Notes under the pieces: model-generated
What the model was told of the DNA's origin: nothing
What the model saw: the letters and a program-made list of their open reading frames with translations, nothing else
Databases searched by the model: none
Made by a program: the position numbers and the translations under genes
Source of the DNA: Hormiphora californensis
Lineage: Eukaryota; Animalia; Ctenophora
Length of the DNA stretch: 64,000 bases
Assembly (NCBI GenBank): GCA_020137815.1
Contig: CM035359.1
Coordinates: forward strand, 992,001 to 1,056,000
Reading direction: 5' to 3'
In this document: piece by piece, positions 1-43,146 of the stretch
How positions within the stretch are numbered: the first letter of the stretch is position 1
Layout: every line of letters starts with the position of its first letter

Positions 1-1260
1 TCTCAGAATACAAGGAACCTTCCAGCGGGTACTTTTATATCTGATTCCCATTTCTCTAATAATTTGACACAACTTTTCTCTGTCTCCTACCATCTTATTA
101 CCCTCCACCCAAACACCCCCTTTTTCATTTTTGCTGACCTACCCTCCACACAGGGTTGGGCCGTCTTATGATATGGGAGAGGGAGACGAGGAGGAAGTCT
201 CGCGATTAAAGGACACTATGAGAAAGAGGAGACGCGTTTCAACACCGGGACGTGGCGTGGCCCCCGACCGAAGTCTAGCGGGCACGAAACCCCCTCCTAA
301 ACGGAGGTATCAGGATGGGTCAGATCAGGAGATTGAATTCGATCAAGTTATTTAAAACTGAACACGGTGAAACGGTTTTTTAACCTTTGTTTTTGAGTAT
401 TTATATTGTCATAGTACTGGGTGAGAAGTGATATATATTGTGTCGGAAATGTATTTGTATGATCGATTCATGCCGTGGACATCAAGAGAGAGAGAGAGAG
501 AGTAAGATGCGTGATCAGAGACAATTAATATTATGTAAAACCGATTCTGCCGCTGAGAATTGATTTCCGAAACAATTGACCCCTAAAGTTATGAGAGGTG
601 AGACGTCTTGCACGTCTCATACAGTTTATGTTTCATAGATCATTAACTGTTAAATTGATAATGAAATTTATTTAGTTCAACTGCTATTGATTACAAACAA
701 AATACCTGTGCTTTTTATTTTGAACACCTAAAAAACTAGATAGCTTGAGGAAGCTGAGAGATAGATCTAACACTTAAATGGGTTTTTTGTTGGTACGCGC
801 AGGTTTTTCAAGAATAAACTGCAAAACTGAGCCGCGCGCGCGTTATAAAATCAAAGTTTGAAAAATATCCGTCGGGATCAAGTTCTCGCGAGATTTTTTG
901 TCGGAAATTTGAAAACTCGAAGATTCAAACTTTTCTGAGGCGTTTCCGCGACAGTGGATGCCGTGATATGTGTGAAATCTTTAATTGCGACAACGTTACG
1001 AACAGACCTTTACAACTATCACTATCTCTCTGCAGAGAGACAGAAATATCTGCGATGTAGGTCACGCACTATCTGTACTAATTAAAATCCCAACATGAAC
1101 CTCAATTGTTTCAGTCGTTTATGACCCTACAAACAGTGGACGCGGGGAAACTGTTTATCACTCCTTCTACGACCATCAACGGAAACCCCGAGGTATAGTG
1201 ACTGTAAGTACACACAATCACCACAATCCTCACCCCACCCGTGAACTCTATCCACTCACC

Positions 1261-2646
1261 ATGGTGTCTACATTAAGAAGTGGGAATGCGTTTTCGCCAT
1301 ACGAACTTCAAACACCACCAAGAGTGTCCCATGGACCCATCCCTATTCAAACACCTAGCCACTTCACCTCGGCCAATCAATGTCTGTGTAATGGAAAGTT
1401 GACAAACAGGACCATGCTGAAGTGCAGTACGTGTAAATCGTGTTTTCATGATGAATGCGTAGGTTTGAAGTCATTAGGTGATCTTCTTACGCCATCAGAC
1501 GATGGTTTGTTCTCTCTTGAGGGCTGGGTTTGCCCAGAATGTATCGTTACGGCCAGGCTACTCCAACCTGGGAGTCCCATCTTTGACGCTATAGCTACTA
1601 AAGCAGCCAGGCTAATAGCAAACACTAGCGGTAAATCATCCGATCCACCCCAAGCTGATTGCACTTTCAACACATCCATGATCAATTCTGCACCACCTAC
1701 TGATGACACTAGTCAGTCTTCATCTCCTTCTACATCCACCACCTCGATCACCGACTCATTTGCATCACAAACGTCTAAAAACATCCCTAAAAATGCTCCT
1801 AACCATGCAGGTACGAGCAACCCGAGAATCATCCCTTCGGCCAGAACACAGCTACCTCCGCAACCACGCCTCACTGTGCACTGTGATGACGTTCCTGAAA
1901 CTAGAAAAAGCATTGATATGGCCCTAACAGACATCCCCATCGCAAATGTGAGAAACTTCTCATCTTCTATCAAACTCTGGTTCCCAAATGAAAAGTCCCA
2001 AGAACTTGCCACACTCAAACTGAAAGAAGCGGGTGTTCTCCAAAATACTACCAGAATATCTGATCTTGTCATGTCAAAGGTGACACTGCGTTTTGTTCCA
2101 GTTGACCTTCTACCCACAGATGCATCGCCCGAAGACTCTCGAAAGTTCTGTCTCGACAAACTTAGGGCAAAAAATGATCTCCTGAAAAGTTGTTCTGACC
2201 TCTCAATTGTTTATTTTAAACGAATGCAGTCGGATCCTAATCTTGCAACGGTGGCACTCAAACTCCCTGTTGAACTGAAAGACAAAGTTCTCAGCGAAGG
2301 AAGGGTTTTCTTTCATATGTCATCTGTGAAAGTCTACCATCGTGTGCACATTAAAAGGTGCCCCCATTGTCAAGCTCTTGGGCACTATCCCGACCAATGC
2401 CCAAAACGATTGCATCCTGCTACCTGCATGTACTGTGCTGAAAAACATCCAACAAATGATTGCCCTGTAAAAGAAGACACGGAGAAGCATCAGTGTAAAA
2501 ACTGTCTACATTCCAGTCGTTCCAACCCAGATATCCCAGTCCACCATGCTGGTTCATCAAAATGCCCCACCTATAAAGAACAGTACGACAAGCTGTCAAA
2601 AAACTACCGTCTTCGCAGCTCCCTGCACTCAAATATGGAAATCTAA
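1261..2646 (+). CDS. LINE ORF1: PHD finger, RRM-like region, three C-terminal zinc knuckles
   Basis: PHD: CLC...CSTCKSCFHDEC...WVCPEC. Knuckles: CPHCQALGHYPDQC, CMYCAEKHPTNDC, CKNC..HHAGSSKC. First ATG at 1261. Confidence 0.85.
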   Translation: MVSTLRSGNAFSPYELQTPPRVSHGPIPIQTPSHFTSANQCLCNGKLTNRTMLKCSTCKSCFHDECVGLKSLGDLLTPSDDGLFSLEGWVCPECIVTARLLQPGSPIFDAIATKAARLIANTSGKSSDPPQADCTFNTSMINSAPPTDDTSQSSSPSTSTTSITDSFASQTSKNIPKNAPNHAGTSNPRIIPSARTQLPPQPRLTVHCDDVPETRKSIDMALTDIPIANVRNFSSSIKLWFPNEKSQELATLKLKEAGVLQNTTRISDLVMSKVTLRFVPVDLLPTDASPEDSRKFCLDKLRAKNDLLKSCSDLSIVYFKRMQSDPNLATVALKLPVELKDKVLSEGRVFFHMSSVKVYHRVHIKRCPHCQALGHYPDQCPKRLHPATCMYCAEKHPTNDCPVKEDTEKHQCKNCLHSSRSNPDIPVHHAGSSKCPTYKEQYDKLSKNYRLRSSLHSNMEI

Positions 2647-2810
2647 ACTGCCGGTCGATGAATAACAAGCTCATTGACATCTTTGAAACATTCCATGACC
2701 TTGGTCTTGATGTGCTTGCCTTGACAGAGACCTGGCTAGAAGATGGTGACGTTGTTACTCCTGGAGTGATGAAAGAGCTCGGGTTCAACCTCTACAGCTC
2801 TCCTCGATGA
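2628..2810 (+). pseudogene. N-terminal stump of ORF2 apurinic endonuclease
   Basis: Translates LKYGNLNCRSMNNK...LDVLALTETWL...YSSPR* (APE motifs NxRS and TETWL), then stops. Confidence 0.8.
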
Positions 2811-2829
2811 ATTAGCCCCAGTTGAGGAG

Positions 2830-4866
2830 ATGACTGTTAAAGAATCAGAAAATCCACCCTGGTACACTAAAGAGTGTGTTGATGCCAAACGAACTCGCAG
2901 AAAATACGAGAGAGCGTTCAAAACTGCCCTTAAGAAAGCTAAGAAGAAATCGGACTACAGCGATGCATGGATAGCCCTGAAAAACTTCACCGATGAAACT
3001 TCTAGGTTTATTACGAAAACCAGAGTATCCTACTACCGTGAAAAACTGAAACTGGTGGCTGACGATCCAGCAGCGGTAAGCGGTATCATAAACAAGCTTC
3101 TTGGTAAAGACAAGATCCCTCAGGAACTACCAAGTGAATGGTCGGATGAAGAAGCAGCGAACAAATTTAGTGCTTACTTTAAATCAAAGATCGAAAACAT
3201 CTATGAGATGATTAAAGTCGAGAAAGCACTTAATGGATGTGTTCCTGACCTTTCCGGGGAAACCACCTTTAAAGGAAATTCCTTCTCCTCTTTCAAGAAA
3301 GTGAGTGATGAGGATCTCACTGCTATTATAACGTCGATGAGCAAGAAGCACTGTGATCTTGATCCGATCCCTACTCGAACTCTAGTTGGACTCTTACCTC
3401 AACTGTTACCTATTATATCTGACATTGTCAATGGAAGCCTTCAAGAGGGAAGATTCCCTGAAATGCTGAAACAATCCCTGGTTAGGCCATCTTTCAAGAA
3501 AAAGGACAGTCCCGAGGATATGAAGAATTACCGTCCTGTTTCTAATCTATCATTCATCTCGAAGATCATCGAGAAATGTGCGGCGGCCCAATTAACTGAG
3601 CATCTGGAGGAGAATAAGTTGTTTCCAGGAGTGCAATCAGCATACAGAACACATCACAGCACTGAGACCACTCTTGTGAAAGTAGTCAACGATCTCCTAC
3701 TAATCACTGACGAGAAGTCCAAAGCAATCCTAGTACTTTTAGACTTGAGCGCTGCTTTCGATACCATCAATCACAAGATACTCCTGGGGAAGCTGAAAAG
3801 GAACTATGGTGTGACAGGGACTGCTCTCTCCTGGTTTGAGTCCTACCTGACGGACAGAAAGGCCTCGGTGAAAGTTGGAAACTCGACCTCATCGCCAGTG
3901 GCTATAACCATCGGAGTTCCTCAAGGATCCATCTTAGGGCCCCTGTTGTTCGTTCTCTATACCAAAGAACTTGAGAGTATTGCTAAGCACTATGGTTTAC
4001 TAGTAGAGCTGTATGCTGACGATACGCAGCTTTATGTTTCATTTACCAACAACAAACTGGCTGACTTGGAAAAGACACTTCAGGAATGTCTCAACCATAT
4101 CAAGGTGTGGATGGCAGACAACTTTCTTCGACTAAATCCTTCGAAAACTGAATTCATCGTTCTTAGAAACAAACACGACAAAGAAGCGAATCCAGAAGCT
4201 ATAAAAGCGCTAGACGACCAAGATCCATCTGTTCCAGCCCCACTGGTGCGAAACCTTGGTGTTTTCCTTGATTCGGAGCTTTCACTAACTGGAAACGTTT
4301 CAAAAACGGTAAGAGCATGCAATCTGTGTCTCCTGAATCTTTGGAAGATAGGGAATACACTAACTATTGACCTCAAAGTGAAGCTAGTAAACACCCTTGT
4401 ACACAGTAGGCTTGATTACTGCAATAGTCTACTTGCGGGAGCATCTGCTAAAGACCTCGGGAGGTTACAAAAGGTTCAAAACGCTGCCACAAGATTCATC
4501 ACTGGACGCCGATCTCTTCATAGCACATCAGACATTCGAAGACAGCTTCATTTTCTACCGGTTAAGGAAAGAATTAACTACAAGCTATGCTTATTGACCT
4601 ACAAAGCCCTAAACGGTCTAGCACCGACGTATCTTTCTGAACTGGTACAACGTCGGAAGCACAAGCTGAAGAATCTCCGGCGTGATATGGACATAACATA
4701 TCTTGAAAGGAAATACACCCGTTATTGCTCGAGCAAAGGAGCCTTTAGTGTCGCTGCACCAGCAGTGTGGAACGACCTGCCGAAACTTCTACGTGAAAAT
4801 ACATCTGTCCTATCCTTTAAAGCCAACCTAAAGACTCACTTCTTCAAAAAAGCCTACAAATGTTGA
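2830..4866 (+). CDS. LINE ORF2 reverse transcriptase portion (L2/CR1 type)
   Basis: NYRPVSNLSFISKIIE, QSAYRTHHSTET, LLDLSAAFDTINH, GVPQGSILGPLLF, YADD, LNPSKTE, SRLDYCNSLL. Confidence 0.93.
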   Translation: MTVKESENPPWYTKECVDAKRTRRKYERAFKTALKKAKKKSDYSDAWIALKNFTDETSRFITKTRVSYYREKLKLVADDPAAVSGIINKLLGKDKIPQELPSEWSDEEAANKFSAYFKSKIENIYEMIKVEKALNGCVPDLSGETTFKGNSFSSFKKVSDEDLTAIITSMSKKHCDLDPIPTRTLVGLLPQLLPIISDIVNGSLQEGRFPEMLKQSLVRPSFKKKDSPEDMKNYRPVSNLSFISKIIEKCAAAQLTEHLEENKLFPGVQSAYRTHHSTETTLVKVVNDLLLITDEKSKAILVLLDLSAAFDTINHKILLGKLKRNYGVTGTALSWFESYLTDRKASVKVGNSTSSPVAITIGVPQGSILGPLLFVLYTKELESIAKHYGLLVELYADDTQLYVSFTNNKLADLEKTLQECLNHIKVWMADNFLRLNPSKTEFIVLRNKHDKEANPEAIKALDDQDPSVPAPLVRNLGVFLDSELSLTGNVSKTVRACNLCLLNLWKIGNTLTIDLKVKLVNTLVHSRLDYCNSLLAGASAKDLGRLQKVQNAATRFITGRRSLHSTSDIRRQLHFLPVKERINYKLCLLTYKALNGLAPTYLSELVQRRKHKLKNLRRDMDITYLERKYTRYCSSKGAFSVAAPAVWNDLPKLLRENTSVLSFKANLKTHFFKKAYKC

Positions 4867-5996
4867 AGGCCCCATTTCCAATATGAAACAAGGACATTGT
4901 GACAGAGTGATGTGTATGAGTATATGTAATGTGTGTAGCGTGAACAAAGTGAAGCTGGAATGGTCAGTATTTACTTTTTCCTCTCTTTCCTCTATCCTCT
5001 AAACTGACCCTTACTGCTAATGATTGGTTTGTTTATTTTGTAACATTTGATATCAAAAGGGAAAAAAAAGAGAAAAAAAAAAAAAAAAAAAAAAAAAGAA
5101 CAACAACAAAAAAGCGAGAAAAACGTGTGAATATAAAAAACATCCCAAAAAAAAAAGAAAAATAAAAAATAAAAAAAAAAGAAAAAAAAAAAAAAGAAAA
5201 AAAAAGTTGTTCTAAAAAAAAAGAAAAAAGAAAAAGAGAGCTTGCGAGAAAATAGAATGATATGTGAGGACTTGTAAGTGTTAAAGCAGTCGGCAAGTGG
5301 CTTCTACTACTCCAAGTTGGTCAACTGAATTACTGGAAATTGGAAATGCTACATGATACATCTTCTTCAAGTATTCTATGTGCAACTTCGCACACAGGTT
5401 TCAGTATAGGTATCCTAGTATCAATATCCCCGATAGGGGCGGTCTTCAATTTGCTTCTTTTGGATCTTTTAGATCCTTGAATATCATGTGCACTACTGCA
5501 TTTTCTGCAGTGATAGGATCTCCTAAATTATTTTCTCAACCTTTCAAATATATTAACAAAACATCTTTCAGAACATAAGAAAAATCATAATCTTGTAGTA
5601 AAACTAGCCGCTTTTGGAGCGAGGGCTGTTGGGGATGAAAGAGGATGGAATGATGAATTTTTCTTCTTCCAACAGCAGAACTTGTGCTGAACCGTAAAAC
5701 GGACAGTTAAAGAGCGGACTATAAATGTTTATTTTGTATTGTTGTATTGTATTGTATTCCTACCTCAGTAGCAAAACTACTCCCCCGATACTGCTTTGCA
5801 GGTTCGCTGCTCCTGCAGGCATACAGATACTAATTGTTGAGTAAATACTATCTGGTTGAATAACAATTTCAAGATCTAGATCTTGAAACTTGAAACTTGA
5901 AACTTGAAAATAAATTGAGGCTATCAAACAAATGACCACCTTTCAACTCAACTGTCCTTTCCTCGCTCACCACTTCTAAACTCAACAAATTTAATT

Positions 5997-7016
5997 TCAA
6001 TTCTCAGTAGTCCCTGGTGCTTCTACCACCTCCTTCCCACGAATGAAGTAGTGTTTTCCAGGAGACCTTTGAACCATTTCCTTCAGTCGATGAACAAGCT
6101 GTTTTCTCTCATTTCGTTCCTCCAAAGTCCTGTCAGGCGAAATGTAGACTTTATCGAACTTGCCGGTCCTTTTTAGTCGGGATTTTTTCGACAGGATCGA
6201 CATCTGAGCGTCTCTGCTCTTCAGTACGACTTTCACTGGTCTGACAGTTAAAGACTGCCTTCCCATGCGCTCCACTGATTTCACGTTCTGAGTTTCTCCT
6301 AGCTCAACAAGAAGAGACTCAACTTGAGTTTCAAGCTCTACGCTACTATTTATTGACTCTTCCAGGCCATGGATGATGATGTTGCAACCACGGTCTTCAG
6401 AGGCTGCCACAATCGCTGATTGAATCTTCCTTGGAGCCAGAGCCGAGGCACATTCTTTCTCCAAAACGGATGCGAAGCTTTTCAATTCTTGCTGTGCCGT
6501 TGACTGCACAGCTGTAATCTCAACCTCCCTCTTCTCAAGCAACTGCCTCTGGATATTGAGTAGTTCCTCTTGTGCTGCTACGAGGTCTCGTTGAGCTTTA
6601 ATTAGCTCCTTTCCATGTTGTCTGAGCTCCTTTTCGCACTCTCTCACCATCATACTTTCAGAACCCTTGTCACGCAACTTTTCAATTAGTGGAAATGTCT
6701 GTTCAAGAAAAATACCACACGCCCTCTTAGTAAAATCTAAAAGCTTTTTCTTCGACAGCGTATTAAGCTTGCTCGCAGACGGAACCTCTAAATCATCCCA
6801 GGTAGACCTTGGTGGAGGACCAGTTCCATATCTCACTGCCTCTGGGTTACTGTATCCAAACCCTGAACAATCCGACAACAAGTCTTTTACCCAATATACT
6901 GTATCACTTTGGCAGTCGTTGACATTCCTCCTATCAATATCAGTAGCCGGTTTCCCAGGATGAGCTGTCAGGTAAATCCGAGGAGTTGCTTCTTCTTCAT
7001 TATAAGTATTTACCAT
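5997..7016 (-). CDS. Intact stand-alone LINE ORF1-like protein (coiled coil + RRM-like + CTD), 339 aa
   Basis: Heptad coiled coil (ELRQHGKELIKAQRDLVAAQEELLNIQRQLLE), then NIIIHGLEES...ERMGR...RPVKVVL...VYISPDRTLEERNERKQL, typical of CR1/L2/L1-type ORF1. No ORF2 follows. Confidence 0.75.
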   Translation of the reverse strand: MVNTYNEEEATPRIYLTAHPGKPATDIDRRNVNDCQSDTVYWVKDLLSDCSGFGYSNPEAVRYGTGPPPRSTWDDLEVPSASKLNTLSKKKLLDFTKRACGIFLEQTFPLIEKLRDKGSESMMVRECEKELRQHGKELIKAQRDLVAAQEELLNIQRQLLEKREVEITAVQSTAQQELKSFASVLEKECASALAPRKIQSAIVAASEDRGCNIIIHGLEESINSSVELETQVESLLVELGETQNVKSVERMGRQSLTVRPVKVVLKSRDAQMSILSKKSRLKRTGKFDKVYISPDRTLEERNERKQLVHRLKEMVQRSPGKHYFIRGKEVVEAPGTTEN

Positions 7017-7062
7017 TTTCTTTCTGCCCCTCGTGGGCTGTTACATCAGCTTTATCCTAAAA

Positions 7063-7105
7063 CTCAAATTAATTTGTTTAAAGTAGTGTTGAAAAGTTTG
7101 AAACT
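7063..7105 (-). other. Ctenophore spliced-leader exon sequence fused to the 5' UTR of the ORF1-like gene
   Basis: Minus strand reads AGTTTCAAACTTTTCAACACTACTTTAAACAAATTAATTTGAG, matching the Pleurobrachia/Hormiphora SL as I recall it. It is followed by TTTTAG rather than a GT donor, so it is not an SL RNA gene. Confidence 0.85.
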
Positions 7106-7859
7106 AAAATAAACCTCCGATATTTTTAATCCCTACTACCCTCCACCCGCCCCGAACCGCCCCGCCCACCACCAATATATACATACTAAACAATACTGTG
7201 GACTGAGAACAAATCCTTGCTAGTTCAGCCTTCTAACCTAATCGGAATTAATTGGTCCTAATCAGACAGATAGGTCTCACATTACACATATACGTACAAT
7301 ACCCGTCCTGCCACTTATACTATATAAACCTACCATATGCCAGACCAATTCAAGATAATATAATACTATAATAATGAAACCCCAAACACCTAATATGCGG
7401 GTGACCTAAAATCCTAAAAACGGAGGCAAAACCTCGTACAATAACCTATGTAAAACGATAATAAACCACACCGCGGTAGCTATCAAGTTAATCGAGACAG
7501 CTCAAGACTAGAAGAACTCATCCCCGCCTGTCGCAGTGTGATAGAGTCAAAGATCCAAGACTCAGGAAAGAAGAACCAAGATCCTGCGACTCTCTCTAAG
7601 GAGTTTAGCCTCCCGAACCCGAAGCCACCTATAATGGAACCTGTCCTGTGGTCAGTTCCTGATGGTGGGGGAGGGGAGGGGGGCTATTCTCCTAGTGCCG
7701 GCGAAATCGCTTTGCGATAGTCCCTTGTGGGCTTGCCGTTGGCAGGCCCAGGCACTCCGTAGATAGATAGATAGAACTATCACTATTTTAACTTAACGCT
7801 ATTCAAAATGCACCGTAAGGAGCGGAGAAAATTGGAAAAATGACATCAGACGCCCGAAA

Positions 7860-8420
7860 GTGCATGGGTACTGAGGGCCTTTAAACAAAAATAAATACAA
7901 AAGTCTAGTCCGCAGTAAACTGGAATACTGCTGCCCACTCTGGGATTCGTCAAAGATCTCAGATATCCAGGACGTTGAAGCGATCCAGCGAAAGTTAAAA
8001 GTTTACTAAACAGATCAAAGGTATGGCTGATCTGAACTACTGGGAGGGTCTGGAAAAGCTGAAAATAACTTCCCTTCAACGCCGCCGAGAACGCTACAGC
8101 ATCATTATGATGTGGAAAATGGCCAATGGCAAAGCGCCCATCAACATCGGCATCCGCTTTTACAACAACAACAGTCTCGGAAAAAAAACCGGAGATCCCA
8201 ACCTGTCCCACAGTCACTCAAAAGTCAGTCGCAACGAAGTACCACAACTCGTTCATCTGTAGAGCGACTCGACTATGGAAAACACTACCCAGTGAGGTGA
8301 ACTTAGCGGAGAACCTATCGCCGTTCAAGGTACTTCTGGGGAAATGGATGTCTAGAATCCCGGATCACCCACCGGTACTCGGATACCCAAAACAGAATAA
8401 CAATTCAATCTTGGACTGGA
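7860..8420 (+). mobile_element. Degenerate 3' fragment of a CR1-type LINE ORF2
   Basis: Frameshifted pieces: LVRSKLEYCCPLWDSSKISDIQDVEAIQR, LNYWEGLEKLKITSLQRRRERY, YHNSF..RATRLWKTLP..FKVLLGKWMSRIPDHP..NNSILDW. Confidence 0.8.
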
Positions 8421-9381
8421 TATGGATATGGATAGTTTCCAGGGAGGGGAGACTCTGTGAGACCTGTGTAACTTGTACACGAAGACGATAACAAGATAAC
8501 AAGAAAATTGAGGTTAACTTTTGGCCCGCTAGGAGTAGCGCCATAAAATTATTCATGCATGCTCTTCTTAGTTAGACCTTACTTTTAGAACCACTTTTAC
8601 TTTTTCAAGACGTGAACTCCAAAAATTATTGAGGTTTACATTGATCTTGGTCAAAATTTAACCTCAATTTTCTCCCTATTGGTGTGAGCTAAAGTGTCCC
8701 AGAGAATCTCATCAGATCCGGCTCTTCTTCAAGCTCCGGCTGCCGAACCAAATCCAAACCTTCCCTGTGACCTCGACAGTTGACATGAATCAGTGATGCT
8801 GCATCATAACCGTTTCATGAAAAATTTGTTCCGAGTTCCCCCTATGTCCCTTTTTAAAACCCCGTCCGTGTCCCAACACATTATCCATGGTCCAAAACGC
8901 AAATTCTTTTACTATGTTCGTCTTTACACAGTCTTTACACCCAGTACGTATTAAATGTGTAAAATATCTTTTGAAAAACCCGTGGGATAAAAAACAACTA
9001 GCTCTAGTAGAAGTTTTATCATAAAAAGTTCTCCCGGGTAACAATTAACATAGTGTTTTTTATAGTGTTTTTATTATTATAATTTTTTTATTTTGCGATG
9101 GGCGAGAACAGCCAATTTGATAGGTGTGGGCGGTCACTGTAAGTATAAAGTTCAAGACATGTTTGTTGTTAGGGTAACAACTAACAACTAATACGGATGC
9201 AATATGCCCGGGAATAATTGTTTGTCTTACAGCATCTAACTTCTGCGGAACGCTACATTCAACGTCGAGTATCGGCGTGTTATTGTAAAAATAAAACGAG
9301 AAACAATAATTCAAACTATCTGATATATTTTCTTGTATAGTTGTCTTGTACTTGTCTGACAACAAATTCAATCTTAGGCCT

Positions 9382-41011
<31,630 letters not shown>

Positions 41012-41850
41012 AACTGCTATTTGTGTGTCACCAGAAATTAATAGGACATCTAGCCATCGGACATTTAGGCATCGGACAGTGAAAATGAGAGAGAGATATC
41101 TTGAAGAATAAATTGACCGTATTTATATAGGGTTGTAGTGTTAGTGCGGGAAATGGTACAATAAAATTACATTGACTGTTGTTATGTATAAAGTGTAAAT
41201 TAATTTCTCTCCTTTTCTAAAAACCCCAACCAGCTTTGTTTTATACATCTCCTCTCTCTCTCTCCTAAACAAACTTGAGCGTGCTCCGATCGGTGGAGAG
41301 CTGCAAGCTGATCACCAAAAACAGTGCTGCCCATGTACGTCAGCGGCGGTGTGTGTTCTACCCCCTCCGTACCCTCATGTGCTGGTTGCTATAGTGCCGT
41401 CACCTAATATGGGCATGCCAAGTGCTGAAATGATGGACTTTCATCTGTAGAACTGTTGCGCGCGTTACCGTTTTGTCAGTGCGCGCTCACTTATTACACA
41501 CAACAAATCGCACTTTTTTTCGTATTATTATTCGTAATATGATCAATGAAAAAGAGCTCACATCACATAACAGAGAAACATATAAATACAAAAAACACTT
41601 TTTACATCTTTTAACACATTTAAATATCTAAAAAACTCTTGCCCACTTTATGATCAACTCGAATTGTCTCACACACTGATTCTCTAATTACACTTGTCAT
41701 CTATCATTACACATGATGTGTTGTGCGAATGGCAGTCTAGCTTGGCAACACATGTGTCACAGTTTATCATTGCCTTGCTCGACCCTCTCTCCCCGGGTTA
41801 GAACATAACAAGTTCATCACGTGTGTACAGATAGTGTTCGTGTACCAGTG

Positions 41851-41970
41851 TTAGGGTCCTGGGGCAGTAGGTGGTGGTGGTGGTCCACTTGGTTCGGCCA
41901 TGTGTGCCCTCCCTCGGCACCCTACAGCTCCTGCTCCCTCTGTCTCGTTGCAGCAATCCCAAACATTCAC
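41851..41970 (-). CDS. Alternative terminal exon of the kinase gene
   Basis: CCCCAG|GTG, phase 0. Encodes VNVWDCCNETEGAGAVGCRGRAHMAEPSGPPPPPTAPGP*, paralogous to the 43527 exon (VTCWECC...PGC...H). Confidence 0.7.
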   Translation of the reverse strand: MNVWDCCNETEGAGAVGCRGRAHMAEPSGPPPPPTAPGP

Positions 41971-41974
41971 CTGG

Positions 41975-42635
41975 GGAGAGGGGTGGTAACTAGGGGCTGG
42001 GGGTGGTAACTAGGGACTAGAGAGTGGTAGCTAGGGACTAGGGAGTGGTAACTAGGGACTAGGGGTGGTAACTAGGGTATAGGGACTAGGGAGAGATAGC
42101 TAGGGAGTGGGGAGTGGTAACTAGGGACTAGGGAGTGGTAGCTAGAGGGTGGTAACTAGGGGCTGGAGAGTGGTATCTGGGGGCTGGGGAGTGGTAACTT
42201 TAACTAGGGACTAGGGGTGGTAACTAGGGACTAGGGAGTGGTAGCTAGGGAGAGGGGTGGTAACTAGGGAGTAGGGAGTGCTAGCTAGGGACTAGGGAGT
42301 GGTATCTGGGGAGAGGGGTGGTAACTAGGGACTAGGGAGTGGTATCTGGGGAGAGGGGTTGGTAACTAGGGGCTGGGGAGTGGTAGCTAGGGAGTGGTAG
42401 CTAGAAGGGTGGTAACTAGGGAGTGGGGAGTGGTAACTAGGGACTAGGGAGTGGTAACTAGGGACTAGGGAGTGGTAGCTAAGGACTAGGGAGTGATAGC
42501 TAGGGACTAGGGGGTGATAGCTAGGGACTAGGGAGTGGTAACTAGGGACTAGGGAGTGGTATCTGGGGAGAGGGGGTGGTAACTAGGGGCTGGGGAGTGG
42601 TAGCTAGGGAGTAGGGTGTGGTAGCTAGGGAGTGG
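41975..42635. repeat. G-rich minisatellite (GGGAGTGGTAACTAGGGACTA-like units)
   Basis: Read directly from the sequence. Confidence 0.9.
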
Positions 42636-43146
42636 GGGAGATATATGGTGTGTGGAAGGTATCTTAGTTAGGGGTGGTAGCGGGGAATTGGAGTCTTGGG
42701 AGGCCGAGGAGAAATGAAATGGTAGAAAGGTGTGTCTGTGTTTATGTGTAGGTATATATAAAGAGGCCTGCAACGAGGTAGGGGGAGATGGAAAGTGAGG
42801 AATGGAGCAGATCACGAGGCCTTGTTTTAATTGAATCATGAGAGAACGTGAGAGAAAAAAAGAAGATCGGACGTTCTCTCACTTTCAATAAATCACACGA
42901 TCATGTCAAGAAATAAAGTCTCGTGTAACGTCATAAAGTTTGACAAGCAGAAATTTACAATCTTCACAACAAACCATCACAACACATTACACGATGGTTT
43001 GAAGTCACAGAATACACAATTTAATATACAAATACAATGGACTTATAAGTGTTGAATCAGAACCATGAAAACTCTATCATTCTATCACCCGACCAGCCCA
43101 TAATCCCAGAGAATACGGTCTGTTTGTTTTAAAAAACTCTATTATA

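Larger units (their letters stand above)
1198..4866 (+). mobile_element. Non-LTR retrotransposon (L2/CR1 group LINE), near full length but with internal deletion of the AP endonuclease
   Basis: ORF1 1198/1261-2646, APE N-terminal stump 2628-2810, RT ORF 2830-4866. The 3' end runs into low-complexity sequence near 5040, so the true ends are not defined. Confidence 0.9.

Noticed and set aside
5040-5250. A-rich tract that could be the LINE poly(A) tail, or a Phe-rich membrane ORF
   Set aside because: Irregular homopolymer-dominated sequence typical of low-quality consensus. It cannot be interpreted.
7063-7105. SL RNA gene
   Set aside because: The leader is not followed by a GT donor or Sm-site intron. 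It is fused to an mRNA-like sequence.
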